NCBI GenBank assembly: GCA_030704615.1
Contig: CM060732.1
Coordinates: forward strand, 57,412,001 to 57,476,000
From: Takakia lepidozioides
Lineage: Eukaryota > Plantae > Bryophyta
DNA length: 64,000 bases
Direction of reading: 5' to 3'
The notes beneath the pieces are model-generated. The model was not told where the DNA came from, searched no databases, and saw only the letters and a list, made by a program, of their open reading frames with translations. The position numbers and the translations under genes are program-made. Below, piece after piece: positions 21,071 through 35,419 of this stretch (positions within the stretch are counted from its first letter, which is position 1; each line of letters opens with the position of its first letter).

Positions 21071-22780
21071 CGTCCGCCTAACAAAGCCGATAAAAAAGAA
21101 TATTTGTCAAAAATCTTAAACGACAATCTTTATAGCTAGCGGACACCAACTAAGACTCGTGCCTATCATGCAATAAACACAAGCAAGATGGATCCTAAAA
21201 ACTCGTTCAATCCATGAAGGTGAAGAACCTTGATCCCAACTACAAACAAGCTGCTAGATGCATCCATAATAAACCTGAAATTTTATTCATTTATTTTCCA
21301 TAAATTATTCAATAAGAAAGATGTTATCTGAGGGAGGTATCACCTTGAGTGGTTTTCAGCAAAGGAGTGGAGGTAACGCCTGGGGAAGGCACAACAGAGG
21401 CTTAGCGATTTTTGACACTGATGCATAGTCTCATTTATTCTAAAGAGGAGCCAATAAATAACCTCTTATATTATGTAAAATAGATAAAGTAGTCAATTCA
21501 AGGTTCAAGCTTTTAACTTTTCTCTATTTCCAATTATTATTAGTGCATCAATCGTTCAATGGCAAACTCTCTTTTTCTTTTTCTTTTTCCTTATCTTTAA
21601 AAAGTATGGGAGGAAATCTTTTCTCTTTTTCTGGGGAAAGGGAGACAAAGGTCACCAAGAATACGAGAAAGAACCAACTTGGGAACAGAAGCCTTTCGTA
21701 CTCGGGAACAGAAGCCGTATTTGCCTTTCCTGAAACTGCGACCATGCCGCCGGTTCTCCTCTGCGTCGTCACTGTGAGCAGGGGAGCGCCTAGTACTAAT
21801 CGAGCTCCCAGCATCCAGGACTGGAGTTGTTCCATTCAACTCGCGAATCTGTATGTCTCTTGCAGAAATGTCGCCTTTCCCCTGAGGAGTCGGAGGAAGC
21901 AAGCAATTGTGCTCTTCCGCCGGTCCTCGCATGTGCATGAAATTGTACAAACCACACTCCCAAGCCTTTGACTAGAAGAATACCCCTCGTAGGCATGGCA
22001 CTGTGCAGAATACCTAGTTTTTTAGAGATGCCATGGAATATGACCACGAAGAGATTCCCACACTGGACATGAGGAGCCTTCATTAACATTCAAGAGCAGG
22101 ACCGTAGCCTAGTAGTTGAAGTTCTTTCCCCAAGTGTGATAAAACTTTGCTGCCTATAGCCGGCCAACCGAGGTGAAGCAGCATTGCAAAAGACAGTGTT
22201 CAATTGTTTTCGTAACATGTAAATTGCAAGTCGACCAGAGGAAGGAGGCATCTGTGAGAAGAGCTCCTACTGGCACTATTTTGTTTTGCCAATCTTAGGA
22301 AGACCGAGATTTTGGCCGCTGCAGAAAACTCTGATAGAGTAGAGAGGGGTGTGTATAGTGGCACTGCATGGCCGCAGCCGAGAGCAGCCATTGTCGACTT
22401 GAAAACAACAACCATGAATGGAGTCATTGTGCTGGAACACAGCATAGAATGCAAATGTGACAGCATTGCGAGTGCAGCCCAGCCAGACAGGGAATTTCCC
22501 TACTGGAGGTTGTGATAGAGATCACTCCATAAGGGAGGAAAATTCCCAGAAACCATATCCCAACCACCAGGCTTCTGCTTCTGTCATCACGGCAGCCTCT
22601 GCAGCTCAAGGATTTTCAGTCCGCACAGTCGCTCGTGGTTGGGAAGCCTCTTATATCATTAAAGAAAAAATCAACTCGAATTTTAATCCTAAGTTCAGCA
22701 TACTTCTGCAGTTCTTATATTAGCATGAAACATGTCTTGTACTCTCTATATAATGAAACTCTGTGAGTCCCCTCAGAAGA

Positions 22781-22852
22781 GGGCACTTGGTCTAGTGGTA
22801 TGATTCTCGCTTTGGGTGCGAGAGGTCGCGAGTTCGATTCTCGCAGTGCCCC
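22781..22852 (+). tRNA. tRNA-Pro (anticodon TGG)
   Basis: GGGCACT/AGTGCCC acceptor stem, CTCGC-TT-TGG-GT-GCGAG anticodon arm, GTTCGATT T loop, upstream TATA-like sequence and downstream T6 Pol III terminator at ~22875. Confidence 0.97.
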
Positions 22853-23810
22853 CTTACCTGTGACTTAGTTCGCATTTTTTGATGGGCAGTTTTTTGATGG
22901 ATTAGCGTTTTTACCTAAAGCTATGGAAGATGATGTTCTGGATTCGTATACACTACTCTCTCGAACTTGGCTCCTGAAACGAAGAGGGCCCGCGATGCAG
23001 GGAATAAGACCGATTTCTGGAACAAATCAACTGCATGTGGGTCCCATATCAGCGACGATTGATGTGGCAGAAAAAATCTTCATGTCCCTGGAGATCCCAA
23101 CTCACTGAGTTAGAGGGAAATAAATACCACATGGACAAGAGGATGCACTCAGATTGCATTTCATTAGATGTGCTGAGCAATGGAGTAAACCCCAGCTGCA
23201 CCAATCTTGTTACATGAGGAGCTCACACTATGGGTCGCACTCCGAGAATCTTGTTCACATTTTCGATCAGGGAAGATCCAGAGGACCATAGCAATCAACG
23301 CTTGTTAAACATTGCCCCTTAGCACTACAGTGAACAGAATTTGAGGCTGCTTAGCAAAATACTGGACCCAGTGAGCATTGCATGGCACAAACAGTATGTT
23401 CATGTTCAAATATAAAAACTACTCAGTCATGTCTCTTAAGATGTCCGAAAAGTGCAGACCATCCCCATATCTGTGAGTGTGTGACAATTGGCAAATGCAG
23501 CATTCTCCTTGATGAGGCAACTACTTGCTTTCGGCAAGAATATGTATTGCACGTACAGAATCAAAACATGTTTCAAGTTTCAACTCCACACCAGCGAGGC
23601 TAAGTGCTCCTACAGAGTTTGATCCCTTCAAATAACATTTTTTTCTCTGGCATGAGACGGGAATGCATGATCAAGCGACATCTGACTGTAAGTGCGCAGG
23701 TCGTATACTGGCCGGCAGATCTGTACGCTAGAAGGTTTTCCCAAGCAAAAAGTGGTCACATGATTTGGTGATGCAGCTGCTATTAACATGGAACAGTGGA
23801 GAAGTTCACT

Positions 23811-24339
23811 TTATGCAACCAGAACATAGATGGCATATATGATGCCTGGCAGATAGCCCAATATCGTCAAGATTAGACACAGCCAGAATTCGATCTGCCA
23901 ATCACCACAAGCCATAGAGACGTATTAGACATCCCTAACCTGAATCAACAGCAACAAGGAAGGAAGACAACACTCGTGCTTAGCAAACACATTTAACGGG
24001 AAAACAACATAACACACTCATCGGAAAGACCAGAGTACCTAAGGATTGCCAACATGGTGAAAGAGAATCTCATGCATGCAAATCACCTGCTTCAAAGTGT
24101 CCCAATGTCTATGGCACGTCGATCTATCAGCCTCCCTTTGCGATCTCTCACAGATCTGACACACAGTGCTTCTGAATCTAAAAACCCTGAGAATCGAGAA
24201 CCAAGCAGACAGGGAAGCTTAACAGACGTGGACAACCCACCCTGCATCCATACTTCAGGAACACGCCGAGCGGCGGCAGTATGATTGCGAGCAGAATTTC
24301 GCAAAATGTCGCACCTCCGTCAGCACCAGGCTGCCCCAT
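23811..24339 (-). CDS. RCI2: RCI2/PMP3/LTI6 small hydrophobic stress protein, copy 1
   Basis: Exons 24339-24241 and 23894-23811: TFCEILLAIILPPLGVFLKYGCR|IEFWLCLILTILGYLPGIIYAIYVLVA*. Confidence 0.93.
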
Positions 24340-25170
24340 GTTTCCAAACTCTTTACTACCGCTTTCAAGGAGGTCGGAGCAAATCTGTCCAAAGCAAAGT
24401 GAGAAGCTTCGCAGGAAATCCTGTACTACTCTTGGGTATCTCCACACCACTAAGCGAAAGATGAGCCACAGAAACAGCGAAGAGTCGGTGCAAACAGAAC
24501 CATCACTGGACTCTCTACAAAAATATCCACCCAATTTCACTTTTACTACGGTCAAAACCTCCCTTCTCAGGACTGCTTTGCACTAGAACCTAGCTTACAC
24601 ACAGTTATTGAGGCCGGGATTCTCATGGATAGATGCTAAATGCTAACCTTCCCCACTTCTGTTTCCTCCGGACTGTCAAATAAAACATCTTTGTATGGAT
24701 GCATGCTTGTAGCTGTGCGTATAGTAAGTTTCGATGTATCACATTCATGCATCTTCATATTTTAGTTCACACTAATAGTGGTCATGTTCACTTCTTCAAC
24801 CTGGCGTGATTCATGGTGGAAGGGGTACCATCAGAGAACTGGGGACAGCCTGGCCAATGTGTGCTTTTTACTGAGGATTTTGGTGTGATCAATTGTACAA
24901 AAGAGCTCTCAAGTTCTTCAGATCCATTCTTGAAAACGAACTCAAAGATTCTAAAACAATCTCGAATCTATAGGCTCTCACAACTAGTCTCCTAAAATCC
25001 ACGATGTGGCCGAGCACGATATCCATCTCCACAAAACCAACGTCCGGAGTAATGTTGGTTGCGCTGGCAGTGGAGGGATACCGTATTGTAGAATGAGTGT
25101 TGTTGTGGGATCATTTCTGGAGTGCAGTCGTCCGGCAGTGATATTTACAAATTACGCCCGCAGTTCCACT

Positions 25171-25973
25171 CTATGCCACAATGACAAAGATGGCGTAGAT
25201 TATCCCGGGTATGTATCCCAAGATCGTCAGAACGAGGCAAATCCAGAATTCAACCTGCAATTCCAGAGAAAGAAATTCGTTAGTTAGACTACCTTCGCAT
25301 ACATTTCCATCTCCGCTTTCCATGTACTCAAAAGAAAACGATGAGTGAGAAGGCGAAGGTATGAAGGTGAGGATAGTGAGAAGCGACTGACAAAAACTAT
25401 TCCTTTGGTAGAGTACATGAAAAGCTCACGACGCGCCGATACAAAGCATTTGCACACATTCTCACAGGAAAGTCTTGCATACAGGAACGAGATTAGGTGA
25501 AGGGTGCTCAGGCACAAGGCTGACGACAAAGCCCCTGGTAAAGCAACAAACTAGCCCAGTTATAGCTTCTACGTTATCTGGGAGTAGTTCATTAGGATGT
25601 CGTGTGTCGCCCAACATTGCAAGGCTAGAGGTGCCTGCAAATGGCAGGCTACAATTGTAGGACAGGTTGGCTACAATCTGCGAGAAACTTCAGTAATAAA
25701 CATGGACAATACCTGCCGAAACAGGTCTACAAATGAAGTCTTCCATGTCAGGCACACCAGCAAATGCTAGACTCTTAACACCACCGCAGAAAAATGCTTC
25801 CAACTAATGAAGGGCAGCTGAGATTCGCAACCCAACAAGGCTGTGAAAGAGAAAGAAAGACAGAGGTTACAGCTCACCTGGCAGCCATATCTGAGAAAGA
25901 CCCCCAAAGGAGGCAGAATGATTGCCAACAGCACATCCACAAAAGTGTAAGTTCCTGCTGATCCGACCGCCAT
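25171..25973 (-). CDS. RCI2: RCI2/PMP3/LTI6 small hydrophobic stress protein, copy 2
   Basis: Exons 25973-25878 and 25254-25171: TFVDVLLAIILPPLGVFLRYGCQ|VEFWICLVLTILGYIPGIIYAIFVIVA*. Confidence 0.93.
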
Positions 25974-26199
25974 CGCTCTCCTCCCCAACTCAAAAATCAC
26001 AAAACCTCAAAACCTCAATTCGAACACACTCTGTCAGAGTGCTTATCTGTACCATTCGAATACTGCCACCTGTAATGCACACGTGTCGATGTAACACCAC
26101 GCATGACAGCCAGTGTGTGCCACGACCATTAGCTGAGTAATTTCAGTAGTAATTTGCCATTTTACCATCCCACTTACATACTACCTTCGAAAGTAAACA

Positions 26200-28250
26200 A
26201 GAGATGTTGGGTGCCCCAATTTTTATGAGAGTCATAACCAACCTTCATCGTTCAGATCTGTGACCACCACCACACACCACTATTGAGTTATTATTTTGTG
26301 CTTTATGTGCTTGTTTGCACAACTCAAGGATGCGAGGATTGTCCATCTGCAACAATGAAGAAAAATGGGATTGGTGTGAGGGACAGTTGCATATTGAGAA
26401 GAAAACTTGATCATAAAAGTTCCACCTAAATGTGGCAATATATTCCCATCTTGTGGCCCCCTGAAGTCTTTGAAGATGTGTACTCAATTACAATCTGGCT
26501 TGCTCAGATGGCTGGTGAGCCCACAATACTTCAATTTCCAAACACCCACTTGGCCGGAAAAGCTTGGACTACCATAAATACTGCAGGCCAATTGGACATA
26601 AACTGGATGTCAAAGCATATGTACACTATACCCAAGCTGTCTACAAAAGCACACCCTTCTGCAACAGCTACAACTCGAGAAGAGGAATCGCTGGTCGAAG
26701 CCGGTCTATTGAGACTTCCGAGATGATCCAGGGCTCCATGTCAAGGGTGGCTCCAAGTTGTTTGCAGATGAGTTGACGGATCTCCCTTTACAACGCTTGA
26801 GAGAAACTTAGGCACCCAGTTTGGGGATGCTGTGTGCAACCTCTTTATGAAAAACAAGGCCAGCCACAGCTCGCAGATATGAACCAAAGACTAGGAGCTG
26901 AGGGACAAAGCCAGGATGTCACTCATATTGAAGCGTTGGGTTTTTGAAGAGCCCACCGGATGGAACACCACCTCAGTGTCTGGCCTTACTTGAGATTGCG
27001 TGGGAGGTTTAGAGTTTTGCTTCTTATTGGACAAGTTGGCATTTCCCTCCCGGTAGTCACGAATAGTCATCGCAATTCGAACCTTTGGAGAACGACCAAT
27101 AGCAAAACCTGTAAAAAACAACAACATTTTGAAAACCGAGAATGGAAGCTATCACCAACCAGAGGTCCCTCCCGCTTTAGAAACAGTTAGATGAAAAGCA
27201 AATCATTTGTGTACTAAGCTTTTGCATGGAGAATAACTTTGCTAAATCGAAACAGACACCCAACAAAAGTGGAGAAGCAGCTGCTCATGGCCACTCTAAT
27301 GTGCTGAGAAGCCAATAAAAGCCATAGAAAGACCAGAATGTTGAAGTCAAATGGTTGGTGTCATGACAACGAGCATGCTGCCAGTGAAACTACTAGAAAA
27401 GAAGCACAAAAACTGATAGTAGGAGAAACTCATCCACACACCAAATATGTTGCCCAGCCAGCCTCGTCCATGACTCATGGCCAAGTGGCTCACAGCTGAC
27501 CGCTTTGCAAACTTCAAATTTTCCATATCTTCGGGTTGCCCCTGAAATTTTTGAAAGTCTCCTACCACAATTTTCCCTCCTTCGAGCACCAGCCTGGAGT
27601 AAAGAGCAAAGAAGTCAGGAGTTGCGATTAAAATAAAGAACAAGTGGAAATTTGTGTGCAATGCTGACGTGCACAAAGAGAAATATTTCTTGGTATGTTA
27701 AAAATCTCACTTAGCAGCGCCTTTCCACCACAAGCCCCACAAGGAAAATGAGCATCACATGCTGATTTGAGGAATAGTGCAACTAATTGCCCATTATGGG
27801 GATAAAGAAAAGGGGTTCCAAGAGATGTACTCATTGACTACTCCCTGTGAACTTTGACTGCAGCATAAGCTTGCAGGCAAAGTCCCGGCCATAGACCCTC
27901 CAAGAGTGACTAGTGCAATTTAGAGCCAGACAATTAAAATTATCCTAAAATTGTAAAAGCACCTGCACACAAAGGGTAACAATCCTCTTACAAAGTTTTA
28001 TTTGAGGCCGCCAATTCATGAGAGGGAGACACACCTATCCCACGTGGGAGCAGTACTCAGAACAAAGTGGAGTTGCTTCCTTTCAGTATCAGAGAGGACA
28101 CAGTCTGATTTTAGGCCGCCAAGGATATTTTTCATCCTCCCTGACAGACCATTACCCACACTCTGGTCCAAGAAGTGCTCCCATTGATCAGCTAACAGCA
28201 CTTCTGGCTGCATCATGATGGCCTGCTCAGGCCTGTTTCAAGCGCCAACT
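26200..28250 (-). mobile_element. Heavily decayed non-LTR retrotransposon remnant
   Basis: Ordered degenerate motifs on the minus strand: IVVGDF (~27555, endonuclease), FAIG (~27100), NAFN-like (~26930), VKGDP (~26780, RT QGDP-like). Many stops and frameshifts. Confidence 0.4.
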
Positions 28251-28799
28251 CAAGTTTGAATGCATTTCTCCATTCTTCCCTTTCTTTACAGTGTTACCAT
28301 ATTATTCCTTGGTATGGTCAGCAGGAGCCTCGTAAAAAAAGAAATGCCAGATGATGGTCTTCAAGCAGAATATGCTCCTTTGAAGGCTCAGCATTACGCA
28401 AAACTGTCACGGATTAGGTTAGTAGGCCTAGGTTAGTGGCTAAGCAAGACTGGAAATAGGAAGTCATATCGGAAGCTGAAGAGACTTATGACTAAGCAGG
28501 AGAAAGGGAACAGTCAGAATGGCAAAGTCCAAGGGTTAAGCCTTAGGGTAGCAAGTAAGGGAATACCAAAGGGTATTCTCATAGCAAGGTGGGGAATCCT
28601 CAGGAAGTATTTAGGAGGACCTGGTGTGAGACTCAAGGGGGAGACACAGGCCTGTCCTTGAAGAGCAAGGCTGAAAACAGAGTAGACAAATGGACTTAGT
28701 GACTACTAGCAAGTGGCAAGTAGAGGACTCTAGGTTGGGTGGTTAACTTGCTCATACAACGTGAATGTGGAGACTGTTTACTAAAATAAGACAGGACTG

Positions 28800-29500
28800 T
28801 GACAGAAACACTCTAATCCACAATGAAATATGTTAAGGTCATCAAAGAGACTGTAGGTTCAATGAAATACTGAATTGTGAAACCTATGATAAACTGATCC
28901 TCATTTCTGCAACAAAAGACCACACTACCTGCACCCAGGATTGACGAGAAACACTTTTGACTGCACATAGCTGTGAGGCACAGTGACCCCCCTTCTCTCA
29001 AGATATGCGATCAATAAAGTGGCACGGTACTTCGTCTCCTCCACCTGCCAAGGCCCAGTTCAATACGTCACCGGGTTTAACTCAATTGTGCTGGCAGAGA
29101 TCTGTCTCTCTCTGGTTTTCTTCTTCTACTTGTGTCAGGGCCTCTGTGACGCCTTCTGTTTCGTGCAATCTAGGTGTCTTTGACCTTTATTTCACCTCTG
29201 TAATCCCTAAATATCTGTGTATCTCTAACATATCATGAACCTCCATTTCACTGATGTTGAACCTGTCTCTGCCCAGTAACTTGAAAAACTTTTGTAGGAC
29301 TAGTAGGCTAGGTTTCCATCTGTATGATAAAGTCCTACTTTTGACACTTAGCTCAGACCAAAAGTACCCCATGGATTCAGATTCTAAGTTCATACTTAGA
29401 ATGAAACCTACCTCAATGAAGAGAGTTTTGTTGAATGTTTGAAGAAAGAACTTACAACATTTGGGTGCTTTTGAATGGTACCATTTCGACGAATTTGTGA
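28800..29500 (-). mobile_element. Ty1/copia reverse-transcriptase remnant
   Basis: MEVHDMLEIHRYLGITEV resembles copia RT FEM.DLGE..YFLGIEV; surroundings degenerate. Confidence 0.4.
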
Positions 29501-32365
29501 CCAGGTACCATCAGGATCAAGCTGAATAAGCCCTGACCAATTTTTCACCTCTATAACAAACAACTCCCTGCTACACATGAAAAGGCTTCATCAATACATT
29601 GACCCCTTGCTTCTCAGAGAGTGTTGCTTGCTGTCCAGTCATAGCCAAATGTGTCAAAATCTATAACCAGACAGAGGCATAGTGGGGCAATGCTAGAGAT
29701 AACCTCAACATCTCTAGTATTGTCAATATCAGTTTATCACCACAGACTGCCTCATCAGCTGTGCAAGTCCCATGAATCCTGCTGGTTGAAACCCTCCAAC
29801 TGGGTCTGGGACCGTTAGTATCCTGCAGGGACTCTGTTGTCAAAGATACAGCATGGGCGTTTGGTCAATAATTAGATGTACCTCTTGGAATTTGGCACCG
29901 ATACTGACCTCTTTGTAACAAGAACCAGATCAATCTCGCGGCGTCCCCTGTGTCCGGTATCAGGTATACGCAGTGACTGGTAGACTTGTACCCCAGGAAT
30001 GCCTCCAAATCTGATAGAACCAAAACTTCTACTTCATCACTCAAGTCACCAGATTGAACACCCAAACTAGAAAGATTCTTTTCTCTTTCCTGCCCCCAAG
30101 GAAACTGAGCCACCTAAAGCCCACTTATATGCAAAAGTACTACTTAAGATCTGCCATGACTAAAATCTGGAGTAAGCAAAACCTCTAAAACCTCTAACCT
30201 TTACAGTCTCTTGTACAGCCAGATTTGTCAAATATGCGCAGCAGTAATTCTGCTCACCATCATTCACTAAGTAAGCACACAATTACCCTGAACGGGTGCC
30301 GCAGCTGGATGGATAATATCACACGATCAGCATAGGAGGATCAGAGTTACAACGCACTATCCCCTCAAGGGTATGTTATGGCCAACCTACAAACGACATG
30401 TTCAAAATTTATGTCTTTCTCCTCTTTTTCTCTCTCAAACACACATACGAAACAATACTTACATGCATGTCACGTATGGTTTATGCCCAGACTACCCACT
30501 TCCACGAGAATGCATCTATCAAGCACATCTCTAAAACGACAACGAATAGGCATACAGACAGAGGACCTACATGCTAGCGACCTGCAGCTCAGCCTGACGG
30601 CCCGCCCGATCGCTCTCCAGATCTGCCTCATTGGAAGGTGACAAAGTAAGAGCAAGTAACTTCAGGCGCCTATACACAGCAAAAATCGCAGCTGCCACGG
30701 AAGTTCCCATGGGTGCTCAGCCTCAGAACCAATGCAACAACCCCATAAGAAAACGTTCCTTTGAATGGCGAAGCTCAGAATTTCTAGAGCCTCGGAGCCA
30801 CCAAGCGCTGCCCCTTCTTCCCTTTTTGGCCCAGGTACTTGTGTAGAAAACAGAAGTGCGTCCGTTGGACACACATTCAACTGACGGAGGGACCTCTGTT
30901 AGTCATATCTTCAAGTGACAGAAGGACGTCCGTCGGCCGTAGATCCAGCTGAAGCCATGGACATCCATCTTCCCCCTCCTTGAAAAGGAAATTTGAAACC
31001 TTTTTCCTTTCTCCATCTTATTACTCTTCCTCCCAGCTGGATTTCAGCAACAGTGGCTGGAGATTTCAGCAAATGTTTGTGGCAATCAGCCATAAACAAT
31101 CTTGCCCAGCCCACCTCCTTTAAGTCCAAGAAGCAAGGGTGCAGCTGGCCTTGCAACTGGAAAGAACGTTAAGGAATTTGCCTCAAACCAAAGAAGCTGC
31201 AGTAATAGCCCCACAGAACAAATGTACAGGTTTTCCAAGTCTTCTTCAGCTGAAGGGAATTCCATCAAAGGTTCAAAAGAATTACTGATCATATCTCGCA
31301 CAGAATTGTAATTGTAGCTGTTGTGGGTGTAAGCAACACAGTTGTGCTCCAAAGACTGTTGAGAAAGGCACTCGTAGTGAAATCTATGATGATGAGAAAG
31401 GAAACAATGTCTATTGCATGGTAAATGGTTACTCGTCGAGGTCCTTCATGAAAGTATCAAACACAGTGAAAGCTGTTCTTCTTGATCACTCCATGGATTG
31501 GGAGACAACTCTAAGAGCTGTGGTCCATGTTCAAGTAGAAAATCTTATGGTGACAATTGTAGGTCCATTTCTGCTCTCCTACCCTCCCCCTCTCCTCTTC
31601 TCTCCTGCTCTGCTCCAACTAGAAAGGAGCAGGGGTCTATGGCCATAAGATGCAGGAGGCAACTGCACACATTCTCTCTTCGTCTGTCATGAATAGTGAT
31701 GGGTCGTAACAGAACATCTCCATGGTGTAGGGGAAGGGCCTGCCACCAGGAATGAAGGCTTGCACAATCACTGGGACAAGGGTGACATCAGAGAGGGTGT
31801 GTAGATGGTGCAGTACAATGAGACCCATACTGGGGATTTCTTCAATGAATATCTCCAGACCGTTACTGGGAATTTGTGGATCAGGATTGTATGAATAGTA
31901 TGAACTCAACAACCCACACCAAAGTGCCTAGGACAATATTACTTTGGGCAAAAGCATTACAGCACTTCAATGTAAAATGCAGAAACCGGTGTTTAACCAT
32001 ATAAAGGTTCTAAGAATCCTGCTGATCTCGCCCATAACACACTTTCATGCTTGGTTTGAGTTGTGACGAAGTAAGAAACATCAATGTTGCCCTTTTGTGG
32101 CTTGAAGGAGGATCTCTCTTCCAAAACCCTGAATTACATCTGGAATAAAGCTTTTTGCCTGCGCCATGATGTTTTAAGTATCTACTTAGCTAACTTGTCT
32201 CAGATTTGTGCGACATGATCCTTTGAATTCTAATCATGTTGCATCTCTTAAGAAACCAGGCGGGAACACAAACACACTTTCTGAGTAACATGCAAAAGAC
32301 AGGAGGCTAAAACCTCTCTCATGATTCATAATCTACAGGACAGGTCCATGGTGAGAAACCTAAAG

Positions 32366-33297
32366 TCAGTCTGGCATATCTGCCGGATCACTCTGCCCTC
32401 CCCCTGAACCTTGCTGCATGACAGGCATGTAATGAGGGCATAGCTGTGTCCTTAAGTCAAAGAAACTGGTCTCCAGGGTTGTCATGCGTTGGCCCAATTT
32501 TCCCACTTGTTCCAGTAAAGTGTTGTGATTGGTTTGCATTGTTTGGTACAAAAGCTGTAAGGCTTTGTTGAGCGCCGTGGCAGGTGAGTCGCTGCCTCCA
32601 GGCTGAACCCCAACAGTTGCAGCAACTGCACACATGCAACAGGATTTGAAATCAATAAAGATACAGGGGGCCAGGTACATTCGATCGGTTTGTTCTCTTT
32701 GCCTGTTCGCAAGGGAGGGAGTGATGGATGCAAAGCTGAATGACAAGAGGGCCTTCTACTACCTGCTTTCTTGGGACCCAATTGTTTGGTAACGGACGAA
32801 TTCGTTGTGACTTGCTCTGCATCATTCCAAAACCGTTGCATTTGCAGCGCATTCTTATGTGCAGAACTGTCCGCATGTGTGGCAAGCGCGCTGGGTTGGA
32901 AATTAGTACTCCCCTCCTTCCGAAATGCATTCCGGGTGGCTGTTGAGCCATGCGATTCGCAGATGGTGCAGAACATTCGCTCCTCCCCTCGCACAACCCG
33001 CACAGCTGCCCATGGGTAAGTTTCCAGCCACTCATTCTTCCATTGCTTGGGGCCTCGAAACCGTTTCTTCTTCCTCCGCCCCCCCACTCCTGACGTTGCC
33101 AAAGCCATCCCATACTCTTCCTCCCCATACATATTTTCGCAGTTTTTCTCCACGGCCTCGTATTCCTTATCCATGGCGTCATCCCCCTCGTGGGCATAGT
33201 CATCTTCCCTATTCAGAGCAGCACCACTGCTGTCCACCGACCCATCGAGGTGCGCTACTTGCAGAGATTCTTCGTGGAGCACGATAGCCTGATCCAT
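32366..33297 (-). CDS. TTF-type (C17orf113-like) zinc-finger + coiled-coil protein, 264 aa
   Basis: Exons 33297-32763 and 32625-32366 (phase 1, stop-free). WKNEWLETYPW..MFCTIC..F..GSTNFQPSALATHADSSAH is the TTF zinc finger; RRKKKR is NLS-like. Confidence 0.85.
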
Positions 33298-34099
33298 GGG
33301 TTGGACAAATTAGGAGTGCGAGCATACAACTGACACCAACACTACACACTCTCTACCCGGCCCACATCGTCCAGTTCACTGTGAGCGACATGGCATGTCT
33401 TGTATCACACCCACGCTCTCACAATACTGGTGCACAGACAGACAGAGAGCGGCATTGAGCGAGACCGAGAGCAGTGCCGCTATCAAGATCACCCCACCAA
33501 CACCTCCACACACTCGCTGTAAGGCAAGCTTGCAACCCTAAATTGCACCCCGACAACAAACGGAAGAGGTGAGTGCATCTCCGTTTAGGTACAGGATCGT
33601 TAAATGCGTAACATACATCTTCTTTTTTTCTTTTTTGACAACAGGGAAGAGGCCCTGAGAATTTTAATTAGGGAAAAATTAAACCCTTACATATTGCCAT
33701 GAGGCCTTCACACGGAACCGTGTTGGAGAATCCGAGGAACTGTACGTCTTTTTAAAGTTGATATTTAAGTTTTTATAAAATAAGGTACAGGCGGTGCTTC
33801 ATGGGCTTCAAGGAGAGCGAGAGAGAGAGAGAGAAGAAAAAAAAGAAACCCCCCCCCCCCCCTTTGCTCAGCGCCGAGCAGCAGCGACGGCAGGTGGCGT
33901 GGGCGAGCAGGAAACAACAGAGGGCGTGCTAGGGGAGCTTGCGAGGGAGTAGGAGAGACGTTGGGAGACAGATGGTGGCAAGAGGGAGGCTTGGCGCGAA
34001 ACATGATGGCTCGTTGACTCATCTGGTCTTCATCCGGCTTTCATCCAACGTCTTAAATGATTAAATTTAGTGGTCCCCGGGTTGGTTTAACAACAGACA

Positions 34100-34850
34100 A
34101 AACAAATTATTGGTTCTCCTTATAGGGTTACCTGCTATAAACCTAGACTAAGCTCTAGGTTTAAAGATGAAGAATTTTGCTCGTTCTAGAATGTTATGTT
34201 CCGTCCTTCAAACTTGGCCATTGTCTCGAACGACTCCATCCCTGAAGCCTGGAGGGTGGCCAGCAAAAGATGACGAAGGGAGGTGACCTAGCGTCAGCGC
34301 CGAGCTAGGGATGAAAACTCAGCTCAAGTTTTACATGGCAGATTGCAGATCACCAAGCAATGTTTGATTGTTTCTGGCTCTGTTTGACACATAGTGCACA
34401 TAGGCAATCCTGCATGTGTTGCTTGTATGACTAGGAGTGCCCCGTGTGTTAGTTTCCACAAGAAGACAGAGACCTTAGCCCCACGATCTTTCATCCACAT
34501 GTTCTTCCAGATTTTGTCCCAATTTGCTTGAGTGAAATGATGCTGGCCCCATTTTGTGCACCATTTCCTTATGAAAGAACGGGCTAGATTCAGGAATGAG
34601 TAACCCAGCTTAACTAAGTAAGCGAAGAAGGGGGGTCGTTGTGCATTCATGCTACTCCATTCCCATTGTCAAACTGTAGGTCTGCCAGGGGGCAAGAGAG
34701 GAACCAGGAAAGTGATTGGTGTGAGGCCCACTGTAAGTCCTGTCCCCTAGGAGGTGTTGGTTAGCATTTCCCTTTCTGTCAAGGACTCTGATATGGAACA
34801 AGGATTGTTTGTCCATGTCAATGGAACCTCTTTTTGCAAACCTCATCCTC
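34100..34850 (-). mobile_element. L1-type LINE remnant (zf-RVT)
   Basis: WDKIWKNMW..AKVSVFLWKLTHGAL..CTMCQTEPETIKHCLVIC is the zf-RVT motif. Confidence 0.75.
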
Positions 34851-35419
34851 TTTTTTGACCTTCTTATTTCTGGCTTAGCTCTTCATTCGGCTTTTGACTC
34901 CTCTTCCTAGTGTTGGTTTCTTCTTTATATTGGTTTTCGGGGTGGTATAGCTGTTGTAAGCCTCCACGGCTTGCATGGTTATTTTTTCCATGTTCTTTTC
35001 AAATGCATCTCTAGGGCCTTTGTCCCCTTCTTTTCCTCAACTATTTGGGTGTTCCATGCGTTACGCTTTTACAACCCAGTGGAGGTTATTTTTACCCTCA
35101 TTCTATTCCAATGACTTATAGGGGGCCCACTCCCGACAGGGAGTAGTAGCCGTGAGGTGAAGTGGCTCTTAATTACGCCGGTTTCGGCCGGAGTACTCTT
35201 CTTTTTCTCTCTCTATTCCAATGACCTTATCAATAAAGTTTTTCAGGGCCATGGTCCCTGTTTTTAAAAAGTTACAATTATAAATTATGTAATTTTTTTT
35301 GCTAGTAGCATAATAAAAATAATGATGGCTTTCATTTTAAGATAATATCGTCTACAATGCACCTATGGGCCCCGCCAGTACGGCCCATGGGGTCAGCTCA
35401 TAGCCGAGCACCCATCCAC

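Noticed and set aside
21540-22720. Cluster of 60-140 aa ORFs
   Set aside because: No recognisable motif or consistent splice model.
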